From positions 21,018,001 through 21,082,000 of the forward strand of contig NC_045716.1 in the NCBI RefSeq assembly GCF_009834535.1: a DNA stretch of 64,000 nt, given 5' to 3'. Made by a program: the position numbers and the translations under genes. The notes under the pieces are model-generated. The model did not search any database. It saw only the letters and a list, made by a program, of their open reading frames with translations, and was not told where the DNA came from. This DNA is from Camelus ferus (taxonomy: Eukaryota). Positions 63,998 through 64,000 of the stretch are shown piece after piece (position 1 is the first letter of the stretch; every line of letters starts with the position of its first letter).

Positions 63998-64000
63998 GTA

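Overview
Mammalian genomic window, very probably camelid (two tRNA-derived SINEs with the camelid-type tail), syntenic with human 1q22-q23 but in reverse orientation. Order: 5' part of BCAN (minus, runs off the left edge), HAPLN2 (minus, complete, 340 aa), GPATCH4 (plus, complete, 440 aa), NAXE/APOA1BP (minus, complete, 288 aa), a disabled TTC24 (minus) and the first nine exons of IQGAP3 (plus, runs off the right edge). All called coding exons were checked by hand for AG/GT boundaries and frame continuity. Gene names and comparisons with human proteins are from memory, not from a search. Most notable: (1) TTC24 looks like a recent unitary pseudogene, with two deletions in its first coding exon but intact TPR exons downstream; (2) an orphan CpG island at about 47.5-48.4 kb has a perfect TATA box on one strand and a Kozak ATG plus splice donor on the other, and belongs to no recognised gene; (3) the GPATCH4 leader has upstream ATGs in all three frames, and its last exon hides a ~132-nt five-unit repeat; (4) several regulatory motifs (CDE/CHR at IQGAP3, SoxE dimer and CTCF sites at HAPLN2). 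Intergenic and intronic DNA is the usual mix of L1, L2, MIR, MaLR/ERVL and DNA transposon relics, with six N runs. No rRNA, tRNA gene or CRISPR array is supported.
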